NCBI GenBank assembly: GCA_965237465.1
Contig: OZ250138.1
Coordinates: forward strand, 23,137-87,136
Reading direction: 5' to 3'
Origin: Dehalococcoidia bacterium
GTDB lineage: Bacteria > Chloroflexota > Dehalococcoidia > UBA6926
Length of the DNA stretch: 64,000 nt
Shown: positions 1 through 8,269 of the stretch, one piece after another
Layout of the letters: each line of letters starts with the position of its first letter
How positions within the stretch are numbered: the stretch's first letter is position 1
Made by a program: the position numbers and the translations under genes
Notes under the pieces: model-generated
Database searches by the model: none
Told to the model about the DNA's origin: nothing
The model's input: the letters and a program-made list of their open reading frames with translations, nothing else

Positions 1-684
1 GCCGGCCGCCGCCCGGTGCGCGAGCTGGGTTGGAACCGGGATCCTGTAGCGTGGCGAGCAGGCGAGCGCCCAATGAATCGCGGACTCCAGATCAATGTTG
101 TTGCCTAGAGAGACAAAAATGGGCCTCACGTCCGTGCGGGTTCGAACGACGGCGCCGATGGTCTCCCCACGACTGATGAGCGGCGACCATTCCCCACGCT
201 CTTGTCCGGGCGGATCATACGCGCCGGTCAGGCGGGACTTCGCGCACCCGATGGTTGGCGCATCGATAGCGAGGCCGATGTGGCACGCGACGCCAAAGCG
301 TCGTGGATGCGCCGTTCCTTGACCGTCCACCAAGAGGAGGTCGGGTTGTGAGTGAAGCCGCGAGAGGGCCTCAAGCAAGATAGGCGCTTCCCTGAAGGAC
401 AGCAGGCCAGGCACGTATGGAAAAGGCGCAATGCCCTCTGCTGTCGCCACCTCCACGACCTCAAGCGACGGCCACGCCAGGACGACAGCTGCGCCTCGCA
501 CCAACTGGGTGACGGGGTCGGGAGGGGACAGATCTACGCCGCAAACGGTCTTGACGTTCTCCGGCGAGACCGGCGTGTCCGTTATGGCCCGCCCGGCCAG
601 TTCTCTCTGAAGGGCAACCGCCTCGCTTGGAGAGAGATCCCAATCATGGAGGGTTCGCACGTGCATGTCCAAATGGTATGGCAT
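1..684 (-). CDS. nfi: Endonuclease V (deoxyinosine 3' endonuclease), C-terminus runs off window start
   Basis: Manual minus-strand translation is open from an ATG at 684 to position 1. It reads PGLLSFREAPILL...LLLVDGQGTAHPRRFGVACHIGLAIDAPTIGCAKSRL, which aligns to E. coli Nfi (PGFLSFREYPALL...[36 protein letters not shown]). The six-frame track omits it because it lacks a stop inside the window. The start could instead be M at 750 or 666. Confidence 0.75.
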   Translation of the reverse strand, partial: MPYHLDMHVRTLHDWDLSPSEAVALQRELAGRAITDTPVSPENVKTVCGVDLSPPDPVTQLVRGAAVVLAWPSLEVVEVATAEGIAPFPYVPGLLSFREAPILLEALSRLHSQPDLLLVDGQGTAHPRRFGVACHIGLAIDAPTIGCAKSRLTGAYDPPGQERGEWSPLISRGETIGAVVRTRTDVRPIFVSLGNNIDLESAIHWALACSPRYRIPVPTQLAHRAAAG

Positions 685-812
685 GCGGCGTGTATGGCGT
701 CCGCGCGCCACGCAGTGGGTTCCAGCAGAGCGAGGCAGCAGGCCAGACATGCGTCGCCACGGCTAATGGCTTGCGTGGGGTTGGATGCGCGGGTATGATT
801 CGCAACGTCGGT

Positions 813-889
813 CGGGGTGTAGCGCAGCCCGGAAGCGCACCTGCATGGGGTGCAGGGGGCCCCCGGTTCAAATCCGGGCACCCCGACCA
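813..889 (+). tRNA. tRNA-Pro (anticodon GGG) with encoded 3' CCA
   Basis: Hand-folded cloverleaf: acceptor stem CGGGGTG/CACCCCG, D-stem GCGC/GCGC, anticodon stem CCTGC/GCAGG with loop ATGGGGT (anticodon GGG, G37), variable loop GGGCC, T-stem CCCGG/CCGGG with loop TTCAAAT, discriminator A, then CCA. Length 77 nt. Confidence 0.85.
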
Positions 890-946
890 TTCACACAAGA
901 ACGGCGTCAACGGGCGCCGGTTTTCCCCAAAAGTCCCGGAGGCCCC

Positions 947-1349
947 GATGGAAGTTTCATTCGCCTTTGCGTGCGATTACGCCGACAACTCAAACAAGCT
1001 GACAGCCGTCGGCATTGGTCTCGATACGATTGTCGCCGCAAAGATTCCTGTGTCTCGTCCGTCCCTGTATACGGTCGCCGCATTTCGATTCCGAGCAGTT
1101 GAGGCCGGCAAGAAGACCTTCGAGGTTCATGTCATCAATGCGGACGGTGGCGAGATAGTGCCGCCGCTAAGAGCGGAGTTGGAAGTCGGCCGCCCCAATG
1201 CCGGATATCAATACCGGACGCATCGTATCGCGCTGGGTCTGCACGGCCTACAGTTCGAGGCGTATGGAGATTACGAGATCTCCTGGCTCATCGATGGCCA
1301 TGAGGTCGCGCGCATCCCGCTAAAGGTCGCGCCTCCGCCGAGCCAGTAG
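947..1349 (+). CDS. Hypothetical protein (134 aa), no recognisable domain
   Basis: ATG at 947 is preceded by GGAGG at -7. It is the 3' part of the 627..1349 ORF; the upstream extension overlaps the tRNA and is implausible. Confidence 0.5.
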
Positions 1350-1583
1350 GCCGCGAATCGGCCGGCGGTTTGCCAGCCGTGATCAATCACCGGCCACAGG
1401 AGCCCCGACTTTGCGAGGGCCGATTTACGCCTCCCAATAGAAACGGGGACGACATCGGCGAAGGGTCTTGAGCCGAGGGCATATGGACTGCCTTATGGGT
1501 TTGCGCGCGCCGTGGCGTGCAAGAGTGTCCTTGTTGTCGATCCGTCGATTTATCGCCGCCTGTGGCGGCCGAACGTGAATTGT

Positions 1584-1967
1584 CTAGGAGGAGGGAATGT
1601 GGATCTGCTCGTGGTTGGCCATGTCAAATTCCAGCCACGGCTGCTCAGCAGCCTCGTGCGCCCACCAAAATCCAAAATCGTTGTCTTGCGCCGCGAGAAA
1701 GTCCGTATCTCGATCGCCCATATGGTAGTAGGCATCCGCAGGATTCTCGCGCTTGACCTTGCCGAGCTGGTGTTTGGCGGCAACAAAGGCGGGAGCGAGC
1801 TCCATCTGTTGCCAAATCGTGCGTTGGACGCTCAGCGGCTTGTCTGAGCAACTACCGATGACAAAGCCCATATCATGGGCCCGGCGCACCATCTCTGTGG
1901 TGACACCACCGGGCGGATCGCCCAGCTCCAGCGTTCCGTCTATGTCAAAGCTAAGGACAATCACCAT
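1584..1967 (-). CDS. Small HAD-superfamily hydrolase
   Basis: Motif I FDIDGTL at the N-terminus and GDRDTD near the C-terminus. ATG at 1967 with GGGGGAG RBS; the track ORF's 5' extension to 2018 begins with GTG and lacks an RBS. Confidence 0.7.
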   Translation of the reverse strand: MVIVLSFDIDGTLELGDPPGGVTTEMVRRAHDMGFVIGSCSDKPLSVQRTIWQQMELAPAFVAAKHQLGKVKRENPADAYYHMGDRDTDFLAAQDNDFGFWWAHEAAEQPWLEFDMANHEQIHIPSS

Positions 1968-2000
1968 ACTTCTCCCCCGAAAGTAGTTGTCTGTAAGCGC

Positions 2001-2032
2001 GGAACTCCCAGCCGTCACCGGCTGGGAGTTCC
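2001..2032. terminator. 14-bp inverted repeat (GGAACTCCCAGCCG tcac CGGCTGGGAGTTCC) between the HAD gene start and the thiolase copy 1 stop
   Basis: Perfect stem read directly from the sequence. There is no strong T-tract, so it may act as a terminator or an RNA stability element. Confidence 0.35.
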
Positions 2033-2063
2033 GCCGCTACTTCCGTGATTATGACAGAAGTTT

Positions 2064-3353
2064 CTAGCTGGGGCTAGTGCTCATGGCCAGCGTGCCCGCG
2101 GAGACGGGAAGCACGCCGTGCGTCACTGCGACCTCTGCCTTGATGGTGACTTGCCGCTCGCCTGCGCGTCCCTGCAGCTGCTCAAGCGGGTCGGTGATGA
2201 ACACGGTTCGCATGCGTCCCGTGCCCATGTTGCCGCCGCCGGAGTTGAGCGGATTGGGGCCCTTCAGGCTAATGTCGCCGGCGTAGAAGTCGTGCGCCTC
2301 GCCGCGCTTGACGCCGCGCCATCCAAAGGCCTCAAGGAAGTACTGTGTGAACACTGCGAACCCGTCATAGGGCGCGAAGATGTCGATGTCCTCAGGCTTG
2401 AGGCCGGACCCGTTGTAGGACCGCTGCGCCTGGATGTCCGTCCACTCTTCCGTGTCATCGATGGTTTGGACCAGGCTTCGCGGCTGGAAGCCGCTCTGCG
2501 TGTGGTCAAGAATGTAGACGGGCTTCTGCTGCATGTCCCTGGCGCGCTCAGCCGTCGTGACGACGTAGGCCGCCGCAGCGAGAACGGGGCGGTCGCAATC
2601 GAAGATGCTGAGGTCGCGGGCGATCATTCGACCATTGAGGTAGTCCTCTTCGGTGAACTCGCCGGGCTCATGCTGCGCATAGTAGCTGTGCGGCCAGAGC
2701 TGGCCGTTCTTGCGCTCCTGCACCACAAACGGGGCCATGCCATCATGGGTCTTCCCGTACTTCTGGCAGTACTGGTTGAATGTGAAACCCTGGCCGGAGA
2801 GTCCCCAGCCCCAGGTATTCGGCCAGACGGCGGGTCCGCGGGCCTCATTGGTGGGGTCCTGATGATACCGGCCCGGCAGGTTGCCGGCGGGGTAGGTGAC
2901 CAGGACAACCTCTGCGCGGCCATCGCCGACAGCCTGGGCAGCCTGCCCTATGAGGTTCCAGATCGGGTCGCCGTGGTTGTTGATGTAGCGGATGTTCTTC
3001 ATGCCCATCTGATTTCGGAGCCACTGACCGGTGACGTGGGTCAGGCCGTCCTCAGAGTCATAGGGCGGGTCAAAGTAGGGCCGGGGGCCCCAGACATCGC
3101 TCAGAGGCTGGCCGTTGCCCTGGCCGCCCGCGGATCCAACGATGCCATCAACATCGTCGATGGTGAGCCCGGCGTCGTCGAGCGCATTCTGCGCGGCGGT
3201 CATCATGAACGCGCCAAGGGACTCATCAAGAGTCTCGCCGTCCCAGCGGCGCTCCGTGCGGGAGTGTCCTCGCGCGACCAACGCCACCTTGCCCCGGTAG
3301 GGCCAGAGACCGACGGGGTCGTGATTTCGCTCCCAGTTGACTTCACGTGCCAT
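2064..3353 (-). CDS. Thiolase-fold (SCP2/nsLTP-type) protein lacking the canonical Cys nucleophile, copy 1
   Basis: N-terminal thiolase pattern (KVALVARG...AAQNALDDAGLTIDDVDGIVGS). The canonical N-x-x-C-A-S-G position reads YINNHGDP, and there is no C-terminal Cys-His pair (NSGGGNMGTG). Followed by a DUF35 partner gene. Confidence 0.8.
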   Translation of the reverse strand: MAREVNWERNHDPVGLWPYRGKVALVARGHSRTERRWDGETLDESLGAFMMTAAQNALDDAGLTIDDVDGIVGSAGGQGNGQPLSDVWGPRPYFDPPYDSEDGLTHVTGQWLRNQMGMKNIRYINNHGDPIWNLIGQAAQAVGDGRAEVVLVTYPAGNLPGRYHQDPTNEARGPAVWPNTWGWGLSGQGFTFNQYCQKYGKTHDGMAPFVVQERKNGQLWPHSYYAQHEPGEFTEEDYLNGRMIARDLSIFDCDRPVLAAAAYVVTTAERARDMQQKPVYILDHTQSGFQPRSLVQTIDDTEEWTDIQAQRSYNGSGLKPEDIDIFAPYDGFAVFTQYFLEAFGWRGVKRGEAHDFYAGDISLKGPNPLNSGGGNMGTGRMRTVFITDPLEQLQGRAGERQVTIKAEVAVTHGVLPVSAGTLAMSTSPS

Positions 3354-3418
3354 TAGTATTTTGTCCTTTCAGCTTGCTGTCTGTCGCTTTCGCGGCAATT
3401 GCTCAATCACTGTCTCAG

Positions 3419-3850
3419 TCAGGAGACGATTTTCCACTCAGGAATCATGACGCCGGGCGCTGCCTCGACGAACATGACCTCGACGGTCGCGCCGACGGGG
3501 ATGTCGGGATCGCCCTGAATGTTGGCGCCGAAATCCTCCTCCAGGTTGGAGTGGAAGTTGATAAGCGCGTCCTCTTCCAACGCGACGATGGCGTTGATGA
3601 AGGGCTGCTTGGGGTGCCACTGAACCAGGCGGGAGTCAAACGTCATGGAGTAGCCGACGATCCTGGCTCGTCCACTGGTCTCCTGCCAGCTCAGATGGAA
3701 ATTGAAGCCGCAGTCGCGGCAGACGGGCTCAGGCGGAAACTGCCTGCGGTCGCACATTGAGCAGTACTGAACGATGAGCTTGCCCTCGTTGCAGGCATCC
3801 CAAAAGGGCTTGCTCGCTGGATCTGGAACTGGAACAATCGGTCGTGCCAT
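3419..3850 (-). CDS. DUF35 OB-fold / Zn-ribbon acyl-CoA-associated protein, copy 1
   Basis: CSMCDRRQFPPEPVCRDCG is a C4 zinc ribbon followed by an OB-fold region, the architecture typical of DUF35 partners of SCP2 thiolases. Start chosen at MARPIVPV (ATG 3850) with GGGGGTAGAA RBS, matching copy 2. Confidence 0.75.
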   Translation of the reverse strand: MARPIVPVPDPASKPFWDACNEGKLIVQYCSMCDRRQFPPEPVCRDCGFNFHLSWQETSGRARIVGYSMTFDSRLVQWHPKQPFINAIVALEEDALINFHSNLEEDFGANIQGDPDIPVGATVEVMFVEAAPGVMIPEWKIVS

Positions 3851-4040
3851 TTCTACCCCCATGTACAGTGACATTTTTGCTACCCTGCGGACAATATCAC
3901 GGCCAAAGTTTCCGTGTCAATGAGTACAGAAATACGCTGAATTAGAGATAGCAAATACTAGTATGTGCGTATATGTTCAGGCTCACCTTTTGGAAACCGG
4001 ACGCTGCGTCAGAAGGATGGGTAAACGTCGATGGCGGCCG

Positions 4041-4082
4041 CAAAAGTAGAGACGCCCCCTCGCCGGTCGGCGAGGGGGCGTC
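4041..4082 (-). terminator. Rho-independent terminator after thiolase copy 2
   Basis: Perfect 14-bp stem GACGCCCCCTCGCC ggtc GGCGAGGGGGCGTC at 4051-4082. The plus strand has AAAA immediately before it, giving a U-tract on the minus-strand transcript after the hairpin. Confidence 0.6.
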
Positions 4083-4111
4083 TCCCTTGTCCCTCTTGGT
4101 GAAGGAGAACC

Positions 4112-5401
4112 CTAGTCGGGGCTAGTGCTCATGGCCAGCGTGCCCGCGGTAACGGGGAGCACGCCGTGCGTCACTGCAACCTCAGCCTTGGTTGTGACCT
4201 GCCGCTCGCCTGCGCGTCCCTGCAGCTGCTCAAGCGGGTCGGTGATGAACACGGTTCGCATGCGTCCCGTGCCCATGTTGCCGCCGCCGGAGTTGAGCGG
4301 GTTGGGACCCTTCAGGCTGATGTCGCCGGCGTAGAAGTCGTGCGCTTCGCCGCGCTTGACGCCGCGCCATCCAAAGGCCTCAAGGAAGTACTGTGTGAAC
4401 ACTGCGAACCCGTCATAGGGCGCGAAGATGTCGATGTCCTCAGGCTTGAGGCCGGACCCGTTGTAGGACCGCTGCGCCTGGATGTCCGTCCACTCTTCCG
4501 TGTCATCGATGGTCTGGACCAGGCTTCGCGGCTGGAAGCCGCTCTGCGTGTGGTCAAGGATGTAGACAGGCTTCTGCTTCATGTCCCTGGCGCGCTCAGC
4601 CGTCGTGACGACGTAGGCCGCCGCAGCGAGAACGGGGCGGTCACAATCGAAGATGCTGAGGTCGCGGGCGATCATTCGACCATTGAGGTAGTCCTCTTCG
4701 GTGAACTCGCCGGGCTCATGCTGCGCATAGTAGCTGTGCGGCCACAGCAGGCCGTTCTTGCGCTCCTGCACCACAAACGGGGCCATGCCATCATGGGTCT
4801 TCCCGTACTTCTGGCAGTACTGGTTGAATGTGAAACCCTGGCCGGAGAGTCCCCAGCCCCAGGTATTCGGCCAGACGGCGGGTCCGCGGGCCTCATTGGT
4901 GGGGTCCTGATGATACCGACCCGGCAGGTTGCCGGCGGGGTAGGTGACCAGGACAACCTCTGCGCGGCCATCGCCGACAGCCTGCGCGGCTTGCCCGATG
5001 AGGTTCCAGATCGGGTCGCCATGGTTGTTGACGTAGCGGATGTTCTTCATGCCCATCTGATTTCGGAGCCACTGACCGGTGACGTGGGTCAGGCCGTCCT
5101 CAGAGTCATAGGGCGGGTCAAAAAAGGGTCGAGGGGCCCAGACGTCGCTCAAGGGGGCGCCGCCTGGCTGTCCGCCCGCGGACCCGACAATGCCATCGAC
5201 TTCGTCGACGGTTATGCCGGCGTCGTCGAGGGCGTTCTGTGCGGCTGTCATCATGAACGCGCCAAGGGACTCATCAAGGGTCTCGCCGTCCCAGCGGCGC
5301 TCCGTGCGGGAGTGTCCTCGCGCGACCAACGCCACCTTGCCCCGGTAGGGCCAGAGACCGACGGGATCGTGATTTCGCTCCCAATTGACTTCACGTGCCA
5401 T
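4112..5401 (-). CDS. Thiolase-fold protein lacking the canonical Cys nucleophile, copy 2 (about 97% aa identity to copy 1)
   Basis: Same length (429 aa) and near-identical sequence to 2064..3353, with scattered substitutions. Confidence 0.8.
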   Translation of the reverse strand: MAREVNWERNHDPVGLWPYRGKVALVARGHSRTERRWDGETLDESLGAFMMTAAQNALDDAGITVDEVDGIVGSAGGQPGGAPLSDVWAPRPFFDPPYDSEDGLTHVTGQWLRNQMGMKNIRYVNNHGDPIWNLIGQAAQAVGDGRAEVVLVTYPAGNLPGRYHQDPTNEARGPAVWPNTWGWGLSGQGFTFNQYCQKYGKTHDGMAPFVVQERKNGLLWPHSYYAQHEPGEFTEEDYLNGRMIARDLSIFDCDRPVLAAAAYVVTTAERARDMKQKPVYILDHTQSGFQPRSLVQTIDDTEEWTDIQAQRSYNGSGLKPEDIDIFAPYDGFAVFTQYFLEAFGWRGVKRGEAHDFYAGDISLKGPNPLNSGGGNMGTGRMRTVFITDPLEQLQGRAGERQVTTKAEVAVTHGVLPVTAGTLAMSTSPD

Positions 5402-5490
5402 TAGTGTTCTGTCCTTTCGACTGGAATTGCTATCCGTGACTCGCAGCGGCGCAATGCGGAGTTTTCGCCGCTATCTGGTTGATATATCAG

Positions 5491-5922
5491 TCAGGAGACG
5501 ATTTTCCACTCAGGAATCATGACGCCGGGCGCTGCCTCGACGAACATGACCTCGACGGTCGCGCCGACGGGGATGTCGGGATCGCCCTGGATGTTCGCGC
5601 CAAAGTCCTCCTCCAGGTTGGAGTGGAAGTTGATAAGCGCGTCCTCTTCCAACGCGACAATGGCGTTAATGAAGGGCTGCTTGGGGTGCCACTGAACCAG
5701 GCGGGAGTCAAACGTCATGGAGTAGCCGACGATCCTGGCTCGTCCACTGGTCTCCTGCCAGCTCAGATGGAAATTGAAGCCGCAGTCGCGGCAGACGGGC
5801 TCAGGCGGAAACTGCCTGCGGTCGCACATTGAGCAGTACTGAACGATGAGCTTGCCCTCGTTGCAGGCATCCCAAAAGGGCTTGCTCGCCGGATCTGGAA
5901 CTGGAACAATCGGTCGTGCCAT
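5491..5922 (-). CDS. DUF35 OB-fold / Zn-ribbon protein, copy 2 (100% aa identity to copy 1)
   Basis: The 143-aa ORF is identical in protein sequence to copy 1 from MARPIVPV onward. Only a few synonymous nucleotide differences separate the copies. Confidence 0.75.
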   Translation of the reverse strand: MARPIVPVPDPASKPFWDACNEGKLIVQYCSMCDRRQFPPEPVCRDCGFNFHLSWQETSGRARIVGYSMTFDSRLVQWHPKQPFINAIVALEEDALINFHSNLEEDFGANIQGDPDIPVGATVEVMFVEAAPGVMIPEWKIVS

Positions 5923-6066
5923 TTCTACCCCCTCCTCGGCATATGCTTATTGCCGACGAAACGTAGCATCCCGCCGTTGCCTGTGTCAATCAGACGTGAA
6001 CCGGCGCCGCCTACGCAAGCGCGGGGGCGGCGCCGGTCCTTGCCAGAGCTGATCTGAAGGACTGGC

Positions 6067-7791
6067 CTAGCTGCCTGAGGCCTGAATTCGCTCCGCCTGC
6101 ACGGTTAGAGCGGCAAACTCTGCGACGTCGCTATCGTCCGGCAATAGCCGCCGGAGCCGCTCGGCCTCGGCAACAACATCCTCGAGGCTGCCCTCTCTCG
6201 CCCAGTAGCTATCCCGCAAAATCTCCGCATATTCGGCCACGACGGCGGAAAGCTGGTAGCGCGCCGGCGCATTCTCAAACTGGTCTGAGAGACTGTTGCC
6301 TGAGAAGGTGTGTTGAATCTCGCTTACACCGCCCGTGTCGGGGTCTTCATACCGCACATAGACGGTGGCTAGGGCGGCGTCAGTTGGGCCGTCGTCTTGC
6401 AGCTTGTATTCGTAGAGCGCTGTCACGGTGTGTCCGGCGCCGACCTCGCCCGCGTCCACCGTGTCATCCCGGAAGTCCTCATCCGCCACGTCCCGATTCT
6501 CGTAGCCGAGCAACCGGTAGCTGCGCACGACGTCTTCATTGAAGACCACTTGCACCTTCGTATCCTTCGCGATGTTCTGGAGCGTGCCTGTCAGGTCGTC
6601 CACAAAGACGCGCCGCGCCTCCGCGATCGTGTCAACGTAGAAGTACGCGCCGTCGCCGTCATTCGCCAGCTGCTCCATCAGCACGTCGTTGAAGTTGGAC
6701 ATGCCGAACCCAACGGTGGTGAGCGTGACGCCCTCATCGACGTATTCGCGGACCTCGTTCAGGATTGAATCCGCCCCGGTGCGGCCAACGTTGCCAACGC
6801 CGTCCGACAACAGGATGACGCGCGTGATCCTGTCCGAATCCACCTCGCCGGCGGCCATTATGTACGCTAACTTCAGCCCGTCCTCAACGTAGGTGGAACC
6901 GCCCGACTGCAACCTATTGATTGCATTGATTATGGACGATCTCTCCCCGCCGTCCGTCGGCTCCAGCAATACGAATCCACGATCCCCGTAGATGACGATG
7001 CCAACCTCATCCGTGCGCCTCAATTCATCGACCAGCAGGCCCAGGGAGCGCTTTACCAGGCCGAGGCGGCCCTCCCCGGCCATGGAGCCGGACACGTCAA
7101 TCGCAAAGATGAGGGTTGCGTCCTTTCTGTCATCTGACGAAATGACTTCACCCTGCAGGCCGATGCGAAGCATCTTGTGGTTGTCCAGACCGAACCTGGA
7201 GGGAGAGCCATCCACGATGATGTTGAAAGCGCCCTCGGTCGGCGGCGTGTACCCTTGCTCGAAGTAGTTGATGAACTCCTCGACGCGCACAGAGTCGTTG
7301 TTCGGGAGATAGCCGTCCTGCACGTATGCCCGCGCTACGCTGTATGATGCCGTGTCCACGTCAATAGCAAACGTGGAAAGGTTGTCGTCCTCCGTGTCAA
7401 TAAACGGATTGACGCCGTAGTTCTTGAAGAAAGTCAGGTCATAGGCTTCGTCATTGACAATCGCCGAGCCGCCGATGGCGTTGAATCCCTCCCTGGAATC
7501 TGTCACGTAGATCGTCTGGGGAGCGTCCCATGATTCAGCGACCAAATTGTAAGATGCGCCAGAAGCCTGTGTTGGTCCCACGTATTCGCTTTGGGCCTCC
7601 AGCTGCGGACTCGTCCCGGAGAGGGCAGTCACACCCCCTCCCCCTCCACTCGAAACCAATCCCGATTCGCCGCTGAGCATAAGTACAGCCGGATCGCCGC
7701 CAGCGAACCTAAAGTACGTAAACACGACCAGCGTTATGCCAAAAAGCGTGAGCGCCGCCAGCAGCATCTTGCGTGTCATAAGTCGCCACAT
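6067..7791 (-). CDS. YfbK-like von Willebrand factor A domain protein with an N-terminal TM anchor
   Basis: N-terminal hydrophobic helix. The YfbK-type N-domain motif reads STFAIDVDTASYSVARAYVQDGYLPNNDSVRVEEFINYF. The VWA MIDAS motif is DVSGSM...SGGST...LLSDG. RBS GGGGTGA lies before the ATG at 7791. Confidence 0.8.
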   Translation of the reverse strand: MWRLMTRKMLLAALTLFGITLVVFTYFRFAGGDPAVLMLSGESGLVSSGGGGGVTALSGTSPQLEAQSEYVGPTQASGASYNLVAESWDAPQTIYVTDSREGFNAIGGSAIVNDEAYDLTFFKNYGVNPFIDTEDDNLSTFAIDVDTASYSVARAYVQDGYLPNNDSVRVEEFINYFEQGYTPPTEGAFNIIVDGSPSRFGLDNHKMLRIGLQGEVISSDDRKDATLIFAIDVSGSMAGEGRLGLVKRSLGLLVDELRRTDEVGIVIYGDRGFVLLEPTDGGERSSIINAINRLQSGGSTYVEDGLKLAYIMAAGEVDSDRITRVILLSDGVGNVGRTGADSILNEVREYVDEGVTLTTVGFGMSNFNDVLMEQLANDGDGAYFYVDTIAEARRVFVDDLTGTLQNIAKDTKVQVVFNEDVVRSYRLLGYENRDVADEDFRDDTVDAGEVGAGHTVTALYEYKLQDDGPTDAALATVYVRYEDPDTGGVSEIQHTFSGNSLSDQFENAPARYQLSAVVAEYAEILRDSYWAREGSLEDVVAEAERLRRLLPDDSDVAEFAALTVQAERIQASGS

Positions 7792-7937
7792 GAGATTTCA
7801 CCCCTTTTCGCCAGGCTGCTGGATCAGCCGCACCGCGCGCAGACATGACAACCAACGATATGCAGACGTACGGCCCGGCGGGTGCACGAGCCACAACCAC
7901 TATCACGCCGCCTACACCACAATCCGCACAACAAACG

Positions 7938-8050
7938 TGTTGCATTCAGACTGAAACGCGCGACAAACGTGTCGCATTCGGGCACATTTGGCGGACTTTT
8001 AGCGGCACACGTCGGGTAGGCGGCAATTTCTACGCCGAAAGCGCACCACG
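7938..8050 (+). repeat. Degenerate copy of the promoter-proximal region and first codons of the XRE-TPR gene (compare 9988..10100)
   Basis: GTGTTGCATTCAGACTG ... TGTCGCATTCGGGCACATTTGGCGGACT matches GTGTCGCATTCAGACTG ... TGTCGCAATCGCGCACGTTTGGCGAACT at 9988-10048. Weaker similarity continues about 60 bp further (ACGCCGAA block). The frame is broken by TTTTAG. Confidence 0.5.
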
Positions 8051-8196
8051 CCCCTTAAGGCCAGCGACGTCGTTGCGCTAATTTCGTGGGAAACGCCTTA
8101 GCATGGCGCCGCCTAGTCCTCCCGTCATTCCGGCGAAAGGCGGAATGAATCCCGGCTCTCCCATCCCCGCAGAGGCCCCATCCGCGACTCGCGTGT

Positions 8197-8232
8197 TGAC
8201 ATATCCCGCCACTGACCTACATAGAATATTAA
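8197..8232 (+). promoter_or_regulatory. Candidate sigma70-like promoter for the LRR lipoprotein gene
   Basis: Perfect TTGACA at 8197-8202. AT-rich -10 candidates (TACATA / TAGAAT) lie 16-20 bp downstream, so the spacer is ambiguous. Confidence 0.3.
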
Positions 8233-8269
8233 TGCTCGACGGCCAAAACTAAGGTAGGTGACAGCTCCG

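Larger units (their letters stand above)
2064..3860. repeat. Tandem duplication unit 1 (RBS + DUF35 + intergenic + thiolase-like)
   Basis: About 1.8 kb that is roughly 95-97% identical at the nucleotide level to 4112..5932. Identity begins exactly at the thiolase stop codon and ends about 10 nt upstream of the DUF35 ATG. Confidence 0.85.
4112..5932. repeat. Tandem duplication unit 2
   Basis: See unit 1. The flanks (3861-4111 and 5933-6066) are unrelated to each other. Confidence 0.85.

Noticed and set aside
352-798. A 148-aa plus-strand ORF upstream of the tRNA
   Set aside because: Arg-rich composition typical of an antisense GC-frame artefact. It lies opposite the clearly homologous nfi reading frame.
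2118-3356. 412-aa plus-strand ORFs antisense to each thiolase-like gene (also 4166..5404)
   Set aside because: Mirror-strand open frames of high-GC coding DNA. Ala/Arg/Gly-rich with no motifs, and the opposite strand has clear thiolase-fold similarity.
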